A DNA stretch of 56,412 nt from the IMG/VR virus record IMGVR_UViG_2718218136_000004; one strand, written 5' to 3'. Below are positions 36,421 to 46,962 of the stretch, in pieces. The notes below the pieces were generated by a model. The model did not search any database and was not told where the DNA came from. It was given only the letters and a program-made list of their open reading frames with translations. The translations under genes and the position numbers were made by a program. How positions within the stretch are numbered: the stretch's first letter is position 1; every line of letters begins with the position of its first letter. Origin of the DNA: a virus (lineage: Duplodnaviria; Heunggongvirae; Uroviricota; Caudoviricetes).

Positions 36421-37661
36421 TGTTCTTTTCGGGATTATTTCAACGAAAAAGTGACGCGCCGGTGACCACGCCAGCAGAGCTGGCGGATGCTATCGGGCTG
36501 TCATACGACACCTATACCGGAAAGCAGATCAGCAGCCAGCGGGCCATGCGACTGACGGCGGTTTTTTCCTGCGTCAGGGTGCTGGCAGAGTCGGTCGGGA
36601 TGTTGCCCTGCAATCTGTATCACCTGAACGGCAGCCTGAAACAGAGAGCCACCGGCGAACGTCTGCATAAGCTGATCTCCACGCATCCCAATGGATATAT
36701 GACGCCGCAGGAGTTCTGGGAGCTGGTGGTCACCTGTCTGTGCCTGAGGGGAAACTTTTACGCCTACAAAGTGAAAGCATTTGGCGAAGTGGCTGAACTG
36801 CTGCCCGTCGATCCTGGCTGTGTGGTACCGAAGCTTAACAGTAGCTGGGAGCCGGTCTATCAGGTCACATTCCCGGACGGCTCCACGGATGTACTGAGCC
36901 AGGAGGATATCTGGCATGTGCGCACGCTGACGCTGGACGGACTGGTGGGGCTGAATCCCATCGCCTATGCCCGCGAGGCAATATCGCTGGCGGCAGCGAC
37001 CGAAGAGCACGGGGCCAGACTGTTCAGCAATGGTGCGGTGACGTCCGGTGTGTTGCGTACAGAGCAGACGCTGTCAGATCAGGCTTACGAGCGCCTGAAG
37101 AAAGATTTTGAGGAGCGTCACACCGGGCTTGGCAATGCTCACCGCCCGATGATCCTTGAGATGGGGCTGGACTGGAAGTCGATGGCGCTGAACGCCGAGG
37201 ACAGCCAGTTCCTGGAAACCCGCAAGTTTCAGCTTGAAGAAATCTGTCGTCTGTTTCGGGTGCCGTTGCACATGGTGCAGAACACCGATCGCGCCACCTT
37301 CAACAATATCGAAGAGCTGGGGCTGGGATTTATCAACTATTCACTGGTGCCGTATCTGACCCGCATTGAGCAGCGGATCAACACCGGACTGGTACGAAAA
37401 AGTAAGCAGGGCGTTTATTACGCCAAATTTAACGCCGGGGCGTTACTGCGCGGGGATATGAAGTCCCGTTTTGAAGCCTACGCCACCGGGATCAACTGGG
37501 GAATTTACTCTCCTAATGACTGCCGCGACCTGGAAGATATGAATCCGCGTCCCGGTGGTGATGTCTATCTCACCCCGATGAACATGACCACGAAACCCTC
37601 CGATGGCAGTAAAGCCGGTAAGCAGAAGGATAACGCCAATGCAGACGAAACAACGTCTTGA
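36420..37661 (+). CDS. Portal protein (HK97 family)
   Basis: 413-aa ORF, GTG start after GGCGGAGG RBS; downstream of terL. Confidence 0.85.
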   Translation: MFFSGLFQRKSDAPVTTPAELADAIGLSYDTYTGKQISSQRAMRLTAVFSCVRVLAESVGMLPCNLYHLNGSLKQRATGERLHKLISTHPNGYMTPQEFWELVVTCLCLRGNFYAYKVKAFGEVAELLPVDPGCVVPKLNSSWEPVYQVTFPDGSTDVLSQEDIWHVRTLTLDGLVGLNPIAYAREAISLAAATEEHGARLFSNGAVTSGVLRTEQTLSDQAYERLKKDFEERHTGLGNAHRPMILEMGLDWKSMALNAEDSQFLETRKFQLEEICRLFRVPLHMVQNTDRATFNNIEELGLGFINYSLVPYLTRIEQRINTGLVRKSKQGVYYAKFNAGALLRGDMKSRFEAYATGINWGIYSPNDCRDLEDMNPRPGGDVYLTPMNMTTKPSDGSKAGKQKDNANADETTS

Positions 37662-38289
37662 TGTACCGCTGAGTCTGAAATCTGTCAGTGACTCCGGTGA
37701 GTTTGAAGGGTATGGCTCCGTCTTTGGTGTAAAGGACAGCCACGATGATGTGGTGATGTCCGGGGCATTTGCTGCTTCCCTGCGGGCGTGGAGTGACAGA
37801 AAAGCGTTACCTGCGCTGCTCTGGCAGCACCGCATGGATGAACCCATCGGTGTTTACACCGAAATGAAGGAAGACGATGTCGGGCTTTACGTCAGGGGAC
37901 GGTTGCTTATTGATGATGATCCCCTCGCAAAACGCGCACATGCACACATGAAGGCCGGTTCGTTAACCGGCCTTTCTATTGGGTACGTCCTGAAAGACTG
38001 GGAATACGACCGGAGCAAAGAAGCCTTTCTGCTGAAAGAAATCGACCTCTGGGAAGTCAGCCTGGTGACGTTCCCGTCTAACGACGAGGCGCGGATCAGC
38101 GACGTCAAGAACGCACTGGCCCGCGGGGAAATCCCCGAACAGAAAAAAATCGAAAGAGTCCTGCGTGATGTCGGACTCTCCCGTACCCAGGCCAAAGCAT
38201 TCATGGCCGGGGGCTATGGCGCACTGTCCCTGCGCGACGCTGAGGATGTGGGCTCTGCACTGAATGCACTGAAAAATCTGAACTTCTAA
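37639..38289 (+). CDS. Prohead protease (HK97 family)
   Basis: Start MQTKQRL...; GYGSVFGVKDSHDDVV... similar to the satellite protease. Confidence 0.8.
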   Translation: MQTKQRLDVPLSLKSVSDSGEFEGYGSVFGVKDSHDDVVMSGAFAASLRAWSDRKALPALLWQHRMDEPIGVYTEMKEDDVGLYVRGRLLIDDDPLAKRAHAHMKAGSLTGLSIGYVLKDWEYDRSKEAFLLKEIDLWEVSLVTFPSNDEARISDVKNALARGEIPEQKKIERVLRDVGLSRTQAKAFMAGGYGALSLRDAEDVGSALNALKNLNF

Positions 38290-38303
38290 TCAGGAGAAAT
38301 ACG

Positions 38304-39509
38304 ATGGCGGTTGATATTAAAGATGTCGAACAGGTCGCGCAGGAGCTGCAGCAGAAGTTTGACGACTTCAAAGCAAAGAACGACAAGCGCGTTGAGGCGA
38401 TTGAGCAGGAAAAAGGCAAACTTGCCGGGCAGGTGGAAACCCTGAACGGAAAACTCAGCGAGCTGGAAAATCTCAAAAGCGATCTTGAAAAAGAGCTGCT
38501 TGAGCTGAAACGTCCGGCAGGTGGTGCGCAAAATAAACTGGCCACCGAGCATAAAGAAGCGTTTGTGGGCTTCCTGCGTAAAGGCCGTGAAGATGGTCTG
38601 CGCGATCTGGAGCGTAAGGCATTACAGGTGGGCACCGATGAAGACGGCGGCTATGCCGTGCCGGAAGAACTGGATCGCAACATTCTCAATCTGCTGAAAG
38701 ATGAAGTGGTGATGCGCCAGGAAGCCACGGTGATCACCGTTGGCGGTTCCGACTACAAAAAACTGGTGAATCTGGGCGGCACGGCTTCCGGATGGGTTGG
38801 CGAGACTGACGCGCGCTCCCAGACTGCCACCTCAAAACTGGGACTGATTGAACCTTTCATGGGGGAAATCTACGGTAACCCGCAGGCCACCCAGAAAATG
38901 CTGGATGATGCTTTCTTCAACGTGGAGGCCTGGATCAACAGCGAGCTGGCAACCGAATTTGCCGAACAGGAAGAAATTGCCTTTACCACCGGCGATGGTA
39001 CCAAGAAGCCGAAAGGGTTCCTGGCGTATGAGTCCACTGATGAAACCGACAAGGTCCGGGCGTTCGGCAAACTTCAGCATATTGTATCCGGCGAAGCGAC
39101 GGCAGTGACCGCAGATGCCATTATCAAACTGATTTACACGCTGCGTAAGGCACACCGCACTGGCGCGAAGTTCATGATGAACAACAACAGCCTGTTTGCC
39201 ATCCGTCTGCTTAAAGACAGCGAGGGTAACTATCTGTGGCGTCCGGGGCTGGAACTGGGGCAGCCGTCCTCTCTGGCGGGTTACGGTATCGCTGAAAACG
39301 AACAGATGCCGGATATCGCCGCTGATGCGAAAGCCATTGCATTTGGTAACTTCAAACGGGGTTACACCATCGTTGACCGTATCGGCACCCGCATTCTGCG
39401 TGACCCGTACACCAATAAACCGTTTGTCGGTTTTTATACCACCAAGCGCACCGGCGGGATGCTGGTCGATTCGCAGGCCATCAAACTGCTGAAGATTGCA
39501 GCAGCGTAA
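38304..39509 (+). CDS. Major capsid protein (HK97 fold) with N-terminal coiled-coil
   Basis: 401-aa ORF; followed by a stem-loop; homologous to the satellite capsid protein. Confidence 0.85.
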   Translation: MAVDIKDVEQVAQELQQKFDDFKAKNDKRVEAIEQEKGKLAGQVETLNGKLSELENLKSDLEKELLELKRPAGGAQNKLATEHKEAFVGFLRKGREDGLRDLERKALQVGTDEDGGYAVPEELDRNILNLLKDEVVMRQEATVITVGGSDYKKLVNLGGTASGWVGETDARSQTATSKLGLIEPFMGEIYGNPQATQKMLDDAFFNVEAWINSELATEFAEQEEIAFTTGDGTKKPKGFLAYESTDETDKVRAFGKLQHIVSGEATAVTADAIIKLIYTLRKAHRTGAKFMMNNNSLFAIRLLKDSEGNYLWRPGLELGQPSSLAGYGIAENEQMPDIAADAKAIAFGNFKRGYTIVDRIGTRILRDPYTNKPFVGFYTTKRTGGMLVDSQAIKLLKIAAA

Positions 39510-39559
39510 TCATTCAGGGGGCGCAGAAGTGCGCCCCTGTTCTGACAGGTGAAAGAATC

Positions 39560-39748
39560 ATGATCCTGAAACAAGATCTGAAATGGTCACCGGACGGTAT
39601 GCGTGTTGAGATTATTCGGGCCGGTGAGTATGAAGATAAAGAATTACCCGAACGGGTACGCGAAATTGCCACTGCAGCTGGGATTGTCTCTGATAAGAGA
39701 ACACCTGTTGCGCGGGGGGCTGATAAGTCTAAAAAACAGCATTCATAG
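39560..39748 (+). CDS. Hypothetical small head-module protein
   Basis: 62-aa ORF. Confidence 0.4.
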   Translation: MILKQDLKWSPDGMRVEIIRAGEYEDKELPERVREIATAAGIVSDKRTPVARGADKSKKQHS

Positions 39749-39759
39749 AGGTTGCCCAA

Positions 39760-40065
39760 ATGATGCCCACTCTGGAAGAGCTTCGTGTTCAGTGCCGGAT
39801 TGATGATGACAATGAACAGGAGAATTCTCTTCTTATGATGTATCTGGCTGCTGCCAGGGAAGAGGCTGAAAAGTTTTTAAACCGGACGCTTTACGATGAA
39901 ACTGTTTCTGAGCAGGATACGACCGGGCTTGTAATAACACCTCTGATAAAACTGCGTCTTATGCAACTGGTTGGCTACTGGTACGAGAACAGGGAAATGC
40001 AGGATGCAGTGCCTGATTTTTTCTATACCGGACTGCGGATGTATCGATTTCATCCCGGAACATAG
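39760..40065 (+). CDS. Head-tail connector (gp6-like)
   Basis: 101-aa ORF in canonical position. Confidence 0.6.
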   Translation: MMPTLEELRVQCRIDDDNEQENSLLMMYLAAAREEAEKFLNRTLYDETVSEQDTTGLVITPLIKLRLMQLVGYWYENREMQDAVPDFFYTGLRMYRFHPGT

Positions 40066-40073
40066 GAGGATTC

Positions 40074-40412
40074 ATGCAGGCAGGAAGATTACGTGATCGT
40101 GTGGTTATTCTGAATGCCACCACCGTTCGGTCTCCGTCAGGGCACCCTGTGGAAACAATGACGGAGGGGGCAACCATATGGGCAGAAGTTAAGGGGATCA
40201 GTGGCAGGGAGAGAATATCCGGAGGCGCAGAAACTGCTCAGGCTACAGTGAGGGTCTGGATGAGATTCCGGCGAGATGTAACAGCAACTTCATGTCTGAA
40301 AGTGCTGACTGGTGCATTCAAAGGCGCGATTCTGAGTATAGACGGTCCGCCGATACCGGATGCTCGTGCCACACGGCTTGAGATACTCTGTTCTCAGAAG
40401 GGGAATGTGTGA
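40074..40412 (+). CDS. Head closure / head-tail adaptor protein
   Basis: 112-aa ORF; close homologue of the satellite protein at 31612-31950. Confidence 0.7.
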   Translation: MQAGRLRDRVVILNATTVRSPSGHPVETMTEGATIWAEVKGISGRERISGGAETAQATVRVWMRFRRDVTATSCLKVLTGAFKGAILSIDGPPIPDARATRLEILCSQKGNV

Positions 40413-40858
40413 TGGATTTCAGTCTTGATTTTTCAGGTCTGGCGGATATTGCACGGGATCTGGAGACGCTCAGCAGGGCAGAAAACAATAAGGTACTGCG
40501 CGATGCCACCCGTGCCGGTGCTGAAGTTATGCGGGATGCAGTTGTTGAACGTGCGCCGGAGCGAACCGGGAAACTGAAGAAAAATGTGGTTGTTCTCACT
40601 CAGCGTTCAAAGCGTCGGGGGGAAATTATCTCGGGTGTCCACATTCGTGGACGGAACCTGCGGACCGGAAACAGTGATAACAGCATGAAAGCCAGTGATC
40701 CCCGAAATGCGTTTTACTGGCGCTTTGTGGAGCTGGGAACGATAAACATGCCCGCGCATCCGTTCATTCGCCCGGCTTTCGATACGACAGAGGAACTGGC
40801 AGCACAGATTGCCATACAGCGAATGAATCAGGCTATTGATGAGGTCTTAAGTAAATGA
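40409..40858 (+). CDS. Tail component, HK97 gp10-family
   Basis: 149-aa ORF with ...NMPAHPFIRPAF... context. Confidence 0.55.
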   Translation: MMDFSLDFSGLADIARDLETLSRAENNKVLRDATRAGAEVMRDAVVERAPERTGKLKKNVVVLTQRSKRRGEIISGVHIRGRNLRTGNSDNSMKASDPRNAFYWRFVELGTINMPAHPFIRPAFDTTEELAAQIAIQRMNQAIDEVLSK

Positions 40859-41199
40859 GAGAGACCACACTGTATTCCCTGCTGTCTCAACTGGCCGGAG
40901 GACAGGTTTATCCTTATGTGGTCCCGCTGACGGAGGGAAAGCCTGCGGTATCTCCGCCATGGCTGGTATTTTCTGTGGTGTCTGACACTGCGTCTGATGT
41001 GCTTGATGGTCAGGCTGAATCCAGAATTACCGTGCAGATCGATGTCTGGGCAACAGTACCTGATGACGCAGATGATATCCGTGAGCAGGCGCTTGATGCG
41101 GTAAGGCAACTTGCACCCTCCGTTATTTCTAAAACTCAGGGTTATGATCCTGATTCCCGTCTGAGCAGAGCCACGCTTGAATTTCAGGTAATAGCCTGA
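40855..41199 (+). CDS. Tail terminator-like protein
   Basis: 114-aa ORF immediately before the major tail gene. Confidence 0.5.
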   Translation: MRETTLYSLLSQLAGGQVYPYVVPLTEGKPAVSPPWLVFSVVSDTASDVLDGQAESRITVQIDVWATVPDDADDIREQALDAVRQLAPSVISKTQGYDPDSRLSRATLEFQVIA

Positions 41200-41217
41200 G
41201 GTCGTTAATGATTTTAC

Positions 41218-41242
41218 CCACCCGCCGCTGGCGGGTTTTTTA
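41218..41242 (+). terminator. Stem-loop plus T-run before major tail gene (possible attenuator)
   Basis: CCCGCC-GCT-GGCGGG followed by TTTTTT. Confidence 0.4.
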
Positions 41243-41258
41243 TTTTCAGGAGACGAGT

Positions 41259-41963
41259 ATGTCCTCTAATTTTGAGCGTTCGCAACTGACGAAAATTATG
41301 ATTTCGTCTGCACCGGTAACAGCAGAAACCCTGGATTCTGCCAGCTATCTTGGTCTGAGCTGTACAATCAAAGAGGTGCAGTTTACCGCAGGACAAAAGC
41401 AGGATATTGATGTCACCACGCTGTGTTCTGTTGAGCAGGAAAATATTAACGGTCTTGGTGCCGCGTCAGAGATTTCCATGTCAGGCAACTTTTACCTCAA
41501 TGCTGCCCAGAACGCGTTGCGCAGTGCCTATGACAATGACACCACGTATGGCTTTAAAGTTATTTTTCCGTCAGGAAACGGATTTACCTTTATGGCAGAG
41601 GTGCGTCAGCATACCTGGTCTGCAGGAACCAATGGTGTTGTGGCTGCAACGTTTTCCCTGCGCCTGAAAGGTAAACCTGTGCTGACGACAGAGCCGCTGA
41701 AAGTGAAGGTCGATTTAAACAGCACGCTGCAGGTTTCTGCCGGAGCGAAACTCGAAATGGTGGTTGAGGCTGCCGGTGGTGTGCCGCCTTATTCTTATGT
41801 CTGGAAGAAAGGTAGTTCTCCTGTTTCCGGACAGACGGCGGCAACATTCAGTAAGGCATCAGCAGCATCAGGTGATGCCGGTGCGTATACCTGCGAGATT
41901 TCTGATTCAGCAAGCCCTGTTAACAAGGTGACCTCCACTTCCTGCACTGTTACCGTCAGTTAA
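41259..41963 (+). CDS. V: Major tail protein with C-terminal Ig-like domain (lambda V-like)
   Basis: Start MSSNFERSQL after AGGAG RBS; C-terminal Ig-like region ...GGVPPYSYVWKKGSSPV...GAYTCEI... Confidence 0.8.
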   Translation: MSSNFERSQLTKIMISSAPVTAETLDSASYLGLSCTIKEVQFTAGQKQDIDVTTLCSVEQENINGLGAASEISMSGNFYLNAAQNALRSAYDNDTTYGFKVIFPSGNGFTFMAEVRQHTWSAGTNGVVAATFSLRLKGKPVLTTEPLKVKVDLNSTLQVSAGAKLEMVVEAAGGVPPYSYVWKKGSSPVSGQTAATFSKASAASGDAGAYTCEISDSASPVNKVTSTSCTVTVS

Positions 41964-41977
41964 TGAGGATAGATGTG

Positions 41978-42349
41978 ATGACTAAAAATATCCGCAATCT
42001 GGCACTGGCAACGATGTCGGGGTTTCGCCATAAAACTGTTGATGTGCCTGAATGGGAGGGAGCAACGGTTGTATTACGGGAACCTTCTGCAGAAGCCTGG
42101 TTGCGCTGGCAGGAGATCGTTAAAGCAAAAGATGATGAGACACCGTTATCCGTTGCGGAGCGCGCCCGCCGAAATCTGGAGGCAGATGTTGAACTGTTCA
42201 TTGATGTTCTGTGTGATACCGGACTGCAACCTGTATTTTCAGAGGATGATCGTGAACAGGTGATTGCCGTGTATGGTCCGGTGCATGCGCGGCTTCTTCG
42301 GCAGTCTCTGGAACTGATCAGTGATGCCGGCGAGGTTAAAAAAAAGTAG
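41978..42349 (+). CDS. G: Tail assembly chaperone (lambda G-like)
   Basis: ORF ending in slippery AAAAAAG followed by a -1 frame ORF, the lambda G/GT arrangement. Confidence 0.7.
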   Translation: MTKNIRNLALATMSGFRHKTVDVPEWEGATVVLREPSAEAWLRWQEIVKAKDDETPLSVAERARRNLEADVELFIDVLCDTGLQPVFSEDDREQVIAVYGPVHARLLRQSLELISDAGEVKKK

Positions 42350-42651
42350 CGCTTCCGGGGATGCGTTTTCTGATGATGCTGGCGCTCAGGATGGGGCGCA
42401 CATTGTCAGAGTTACGCCGGGAAATGTCAGCATCAGAAATCATGATGTGGGCAGAATTTGACAGGTTCAGTCCGCTGGGGGACGAACGGGCTGATATCCG
42501 GGCTGCCCAGATTGTTTCAGCTGTTTACGGTGCGCAGGGGGTCAAAGTGCCACTGAATGATGCGCTTCTTCAGTGGGAGAAGGAGCAGACAGAAGGCGTA
42601 TCAGATCCATTTGCCGGACTGGAAAACGCGCTTTTAATAGTGTCTCAGTGA
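42340..42651 (+). CDS. T: Tail assembly chaperone frameshift extension (lambda T-like), expressed as G-T fusion by -1 frameshift at A_AAA_AAG (42340-42346)
   Basis: -1 frame open from 42340 to 42651; T-frame stop TAA at 42337-42339 lies just before the slippery heptamer. Confidence 0.6.
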   Translation, partial: KKVALPGMRFLMMLALRMGRTLSELRREMSASEIMMWAEFDRFSPLGDERADIRAAQIVSAVYGAQGVKVPLNDALLQWEKEQTEGVSDPFAGLENALLIVSQ

Positions 42652-42691
42652 GTCAACATAACCGCTTCGGCGGTTTTTTTTCGTCCGGAGA

Positions 42692-45600
42692 ATGAGTGTG
42701 GCGACATTACGTGAACTGATTATTAAAATCTCGGCAAATTCCCGGTCATTCCAGTCAGAGATCTCCCGGGCTTCGCGTATGGGGCAGGATTACTACCGTA
42801 CCATGCAGAACGGAGGCCGGCAGTCCGCTGCTGCATCCCGTGAAATGCGGCGTGCACTGGCAGAAGTGACGGATCAGATAAATACAGCTAAATCTTCGGC
42901 ACTGAATATGGCGGGGGCATTTGCCGGAGCTTTTGCTACCGGTCATCTTATTTCTCTCGCCGATGAGTGGAATTCAGTAAATGCCCGTCTGAAGCAGGCT
43001 TCACAGTCCAGTGATGATTTTCAGGTATCACAACGTGAATTAATGGCAATCAGCCAGAGAACGGGAACGGCGTTTTCTGATAACGCCAGCCTTTTTGCCC
43101 GCTCTGCAGCTTCCATGCGGGAGTATGGCTACAGTTCTGAGGAGGTACTGAAAGTCACCGAGGCGATCTCCACGGGCCTGAAATTATCCGGTGCCAGTAC
43201 AGCAGAAGCCAGTTCGGTGATCACGCAGTTCAGTCAGGCACTGGCGCAGGGAGTGCTGCGCGGTGAAGAATTTAACTCTGTGAATGAGAACGGCGATCGT
43301 GTTATTCGTGCGCTGGCTGCGGGAATGGGTGTTGCCCGTAAGGATCTGAAGGCCATGGCGGATAACGGAAAACTGACCGCCGATAAGGTTGTTCCTGCAC
43401 TGATTAGTCAGCTTGGGGCGTTGCGTGATGAATATGCAGCAATGCCTGATACTGTTTCATCCTCTGCAACCAAAGTTGAAAACGCCTTTATGGCCTGGGT
43501 TGGTGGTGCGAACGAGGCAAGCGGAGTGACAAAGACACTCACCGGGGTGTTGAATGGTGTTGCAGACAATATTGATACCGTGGCTGCTGCAGCTGGCGCA
43601 CTGGTTGCCGTCGGGGTAGCCCGATATTTTGGCAATATGGCGTCGTCTGCTGGATCTGCAACTGCCGGATTAATTACTGCAGCCAGAAACGAAGTGGCTC
43701 TTGCTGAAGCGCAACTTCGGGGGACACAGATAGCAACCGCCAGGGCGCGTGCGGCGGTTTATCGTGCGCAACAGGCGGTTGTTGCTGCTCGCGGTACCGA
43801 AAGGCAGGCCGCAGCAGAAGCGAAGCTGACAGCTGCCCAGGCGTCACTTACCCGTAATATTGCGGCCAGAACAGCTGCACAGACAACGCTGAATACTGTC
43901 ACGTCAGTGGGGAGTCGTCTGTTAAGTGGTGCGCTGGGGTTGGTTGGTGGTGTGCCGGGACTCGTCATGCTGGGGGCGACGGCCTGGTACACGATGTATC
44001 AGAATCAGGAGCAGGCCAGAGAATCTGCACGCCAGTATGCCGCAACAATCGACGAAATTCGCCAGAAAACGTCGGCAATGTCGCTTCCTGAAGCGTCAGA
44101 TAATGAGGAAAAGACGCGGCAGGCACTTGATGAGCAAAACAGGTTAATTGACGAGCAGAAAAGTAAGATTAAATCCTTACAGGAAAAAATTGCTGGCTAT
44201 CAGTATGTGCTGGCAAACCCGGGCTGGACAACCGATAACGGTTTTATGATTAACCACATGACGTCGGTAAAAACTGTCACAGAAGGGCTTGCAGAAGCAA
44301 CAAATCAACTGGCAGTTGAACAGTCCCGTCTCACACAAATGCAGGGCAAAGCGCAATCCATTCAGGATGTGCTTGCCGGGCTGGAGGAGCGACGGGTGGC
44401 GTTGATCCGTCAACAGGCCGCGGAACAAAACAAAGCGTATCAGTCCCTGTTGATCATGAATGGGCAGCATACCGAGTTTAATCGCCTTCTCGGGCTCGGT
44501 AATGAATTACTTCTGCAGCGACAGGGGCTGGTGAATGTACCGTTACGGCTACCACAGGCAACCCTGGATGATAAACAGCAGACCGCACTGAATAACAGCG
44601 AGCGCGAACTGGCTCTGTCCCGCCTGAAGGGGGAAGCCCGTGAGCGTGCCCGCCTGGGTTATGCTGCGGATGATCTCGGCTTTGTGGGAGAGGCGTATCA
44701 GACAGCCAGACAGAATTATATCAATAACTCACTGGATGCCTGGCGAAATAACCAGGCAAATAAACCCAAAGCGTATAAAAAGACCGAAGCGGAAAAAACA
44801 GAAGATATTTATAAACGGCTGATTAAACAGCAAAAAGAACAAATAGCACTGGCAGGGCAGAATACTGAACTGGCTAAGATGAAATATCAGGTCAGTCAGG
44901 GCGAATTATCAACCCTGTCAGAAGCGCAGAAAAAAACGCTTTTGCAGAATGCAGCACTCATCGACCAGAAAAAGATTCGTGAGCAGCTTGCTGCGTATGA
45001 GAGCAGTCTGGCGGACAGTAATGCCAGTGCCCGGGCATCTGACGAAGCGCAGTTGCTGGGATATGGTGAAGGCTCACGGATGCGTGAACGACTCCAGGAA
45101 ATGTGGAGTATCCGGCAGGCGTTTGAGCAGAAAAATAACGAGCTGCTGAGACAGTATCAGGCCGGAGAAATTGAAGAAGCCCTGTGGAAACAGGAGAAAG
45201 AACTGAATAAAAAATATCTGGAAGAGCGTCTCAGCGATCAGCAGGATTATTATGCAAAGGCCGATGCTTTACGTAATAACTGGAATGCAGGACTCCAGGA
45301 GGGGCTGACCAACTGGGCAGACAGTGCCACCGATTATGCTTCGCAGGCGGCAGATGCTGTCGTTTCCACTATGGACGGACTGGTATCAAATATTTCCGAT
45401 GCACTGGCCGGAAATGTTGTGGACTGGAGAAACTGGGGGAGTTCAATTCTCCAGGAAGTTTCAAAAATTCTGATGAATGCGGCCATTGTTAACGGACTGA
45501 AGTCACTCTCCGGTGCCGGAGGGTGGCTTGGTACGGTCGGCGGATGGATTTCGGGGGCGGTGGCAAACGCAAAAGGTGGTGTTTACACATCGGCAAATCT

Positions 45601-45925
45601 GAGTGCTTACAGTAACACTATTGTGGATACACCGACGTATTTTGCTTTTGCGAAAGGTGCCGGGCTGATGGGCGAGGCCGGGCCTGAAGCTATCATGCCA
45701 CTGACACGGGCAGCGGACGGCTCTCTTGGGGTCAGAGCCATTGGCAATGTGAATAGTGGCGGGGGGTTTGTTTATTCTCCCGTGTATCACATCAGCATTC
45801 AGAATCAAGGGAGCAATGGCGAGATAGATGCGCGCTCAGCCAGGGGACTGGTGGATCTGATCGACAGCAGGGTTGTGTCAATTATGCAGTCATCGCGTCG
45901 GGATGGAGGATTGTACAGTGCCTGA
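42692..45925 (+). CDS. H: Tail tape measure protein (lambda H-like)
   Basis: 1077-aa ORF, Ala/Gln-rich coiled-coil-like, in canonical position. Confidence 0.85.
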   Translation: MSVATLRELIIKISANSRSFQSEISRASRMGQDYYRTMQNGGRQSAAASREMRRALAEVTDQINTAKSSALNMAGAFAGAFATGHLISLADEWNSVNARLKQASQSSDDFQVSQRELMAISQRTGTAFSDNASLFARSAASMREYGYSSEEVLKVTEAISTGLKLSGASTAEASSVITQFSQALAQGVLRGEEFNSVNENGDRVIRALAAGMGVARKDLKAMADNGKLTADKVVPALISQLGALRDEYAAMPDTVSSSATKVENAFMAWVGGANEASGVTKTLTGVLNGVADNIDTVAAAAGALVAVGVARYFGNMASSAGSATAGLITAARNEVALAEAQLRGTQIATARARAAVYRAQQAVVAARGTERQAAAEAKLTAAQASLTRNIAARTAAQTTLNTVTSVGSRLLSGALGLVGGVPGLVMLGATAWYTMYQNQEQARESARQYAATIDEIRQKTSAMSLPEASDNEEKTRQALDEQNRLIDEQKSKIKSLQEKIAGYQYVLANPGWTTDNGFMINHMTSVKTVTEGLAEATNQLAVEQSRLTQMQGKAQSIQDVLAGLEERRVALIRQQAAEQNKAYQSLLIMNGQHTEFNRLLGLGNELLLQRQGLVNVPLRLPQATLDDKQQTALNNSERELALSRLKGEARERARLGYAADDLGFVGEAYQTARQNYINNSLDAWRNNQANKPKAYKKTEAEKTEDIYKRLIKQQKEQIALAGQNTELAKMKYQVSQGELSTLSEAQKKTLLQNAALIDQKKIREQLAAYESSLADSNASARASDEAQLLGYGEGSRMRERLQEMWSIRQAFEQKNNELLRQYQAGEIEEALWKQEKELNKKYLEERLSDQQDYYAKADALRNNWNAGLQEGLTNWADSATDYASQAADAVVSTMDGLVSNISDALAGNVVDWRNWGSSILQEVSKILMNAAIVNGLKSLSGAGGWLGTVGGWISGAVANAKGGVYTSANLSAYSNTIVDTPTYFAFAKGAGLMGEAGPEAIMPLTRAADGSLGVRAIGNVNSGGGFVYSPVYHISIQNQGSNGEIDARSARGLVDLIDSRVVSIMQSSRRDGGLYSA

Positions 45926-46259
45926 GCCTGAAGTTTTTAACTGGATCCCCCGTGAGGGGATGGAGACGACACGAAAGCCATCAGTTATTACGGTAAAGTT
46001 TGGTGACGGATATGAACAGCGACGGGCTGGTGGTCTGAATGCGGATCTGAAAACGTTTAAACCGGTATTTCGTGTCACAGATGAATATTCCCGTGCCGCG
46101 CTGGACAGTTTTTTATCCCGTCATGCCGGGATTCGTGCTTTTTTGTGGCGTCCGCCAAAACACAACAGGACTGTCCGGGTTGTCTGCAGGGAGTGGAGCA
46201 TTTCGGATAATGCCATGTATACCGATTTTAACTGTACCTTTGAAGAGGTCACTCACTGA
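45918..46259 (+). CDS. M: Minor tail protein M
   Basis: VKFGDGYEQRRAGGLNADLKTF... matches lambda M; GTG start after GGAGGA RBS. Confidence 0.8.
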   Translation: MPEPEVFNWIPREGMETTRKPSVITVKFGDGYEQRRAGGLNADLKTFKPVFRVTDEYSRAALDSFLSRHAGIRAFLWRPPKHNRTVRVVCREWSISDNAMYTDFNCTFEEVTH

Positions 46260-46957
46260 TGCAGGATATACAGCAGGAAACACTCAATGAGTGCACTAAA
46301 ACGGAGCAATCCGCGCTGATCGTGCTCTGGGAAATTGATCTGACAGAGGTCGGCGGAGATCGTTATTTCTTCTGTAATGAGCAGAACGAAAAAGGTGAAC
46401 CAGTCACCTGGCAGGGGCGGCAGTATCAGGCCTATCCCATTCAGGGGAGTGGATTTGAGATGAACGGCAAAGGAGCCAGTGCAAGGCCAACGCTGAAAGT
46501 CTCTAATCTGCACGGCATGGTCACCGGGATGGCGGAAGACCTGCAGAGTCTGGTCGGCGGAACGGTGGTCAGGCGTAAGGTTTACGCCCGTTTTCTGGAT
46601 GCGGTGAACTTCGTCAACGGAAACAGTGACGCCGATCCGGAGCAGGAGGTAATCAGCCGCTGGCGCATTGAGCAGTGCAGCGAACTGAGCGCGGTCAGTG
46701 CCTCCTTTGTACTGTCCACGCCGACGGAAACGGACGGCGCTGTTTTTCCGGGCCGCATCATGCTGGCTAATACCTGCACCTGGACCTATCGCGGTGATGA
46801 GTGCGGTTATCACGGTCCGGCGGTCGCGGATGAATATGATCAGCCGACGTCCGATATCACGAAGGATAAATGCAGCAAATGCCTGAGTGGCTGTAAGTTT
46901 CGCAATAACGTCGGCAACTTTGGCGGCTTCCTTTCCATTAACAAACTTTCGCAGTAA
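46259..46957 (+). CDS. L: Minor tail protein L
   Basis: MQDIQQETLNECTKTEQSALIVLWEIDLTEVGG... near-identical to lambda L. Confidence 0.9.
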   Translation: MQDIQQETLNECTKTEQSALIVLWEIDLTEVGGDRYFFCNEQNEKGEPVTWQGRQYQAYPIQGSGFEMNGKGASARPTLKVSNLHGMVTGMAEDLQSLVGGTVVRRKVYARFLDAVNFVNGNSDADPEQEVISRWRIEQCSELSAVSASFVLSTPTETDGAVFPGRIMLANTCTWTYRGDECGYHGPAVADEYDQPTSDITKDKCSKCLSGCKFRNNVGNFGGFLSINKLSQ

Positions 46958-46962
46958 ATCCC

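Noticed and set aside
36501-37010. 169-aa minus-strand ORF
   Set aside because: Antisense to the portal gene.
38201-38635. 144-aa minus-strand Ser/Arg-rich ORF
   Set aside because: Antisense to the protease/capsid junction; low-complexity composition.
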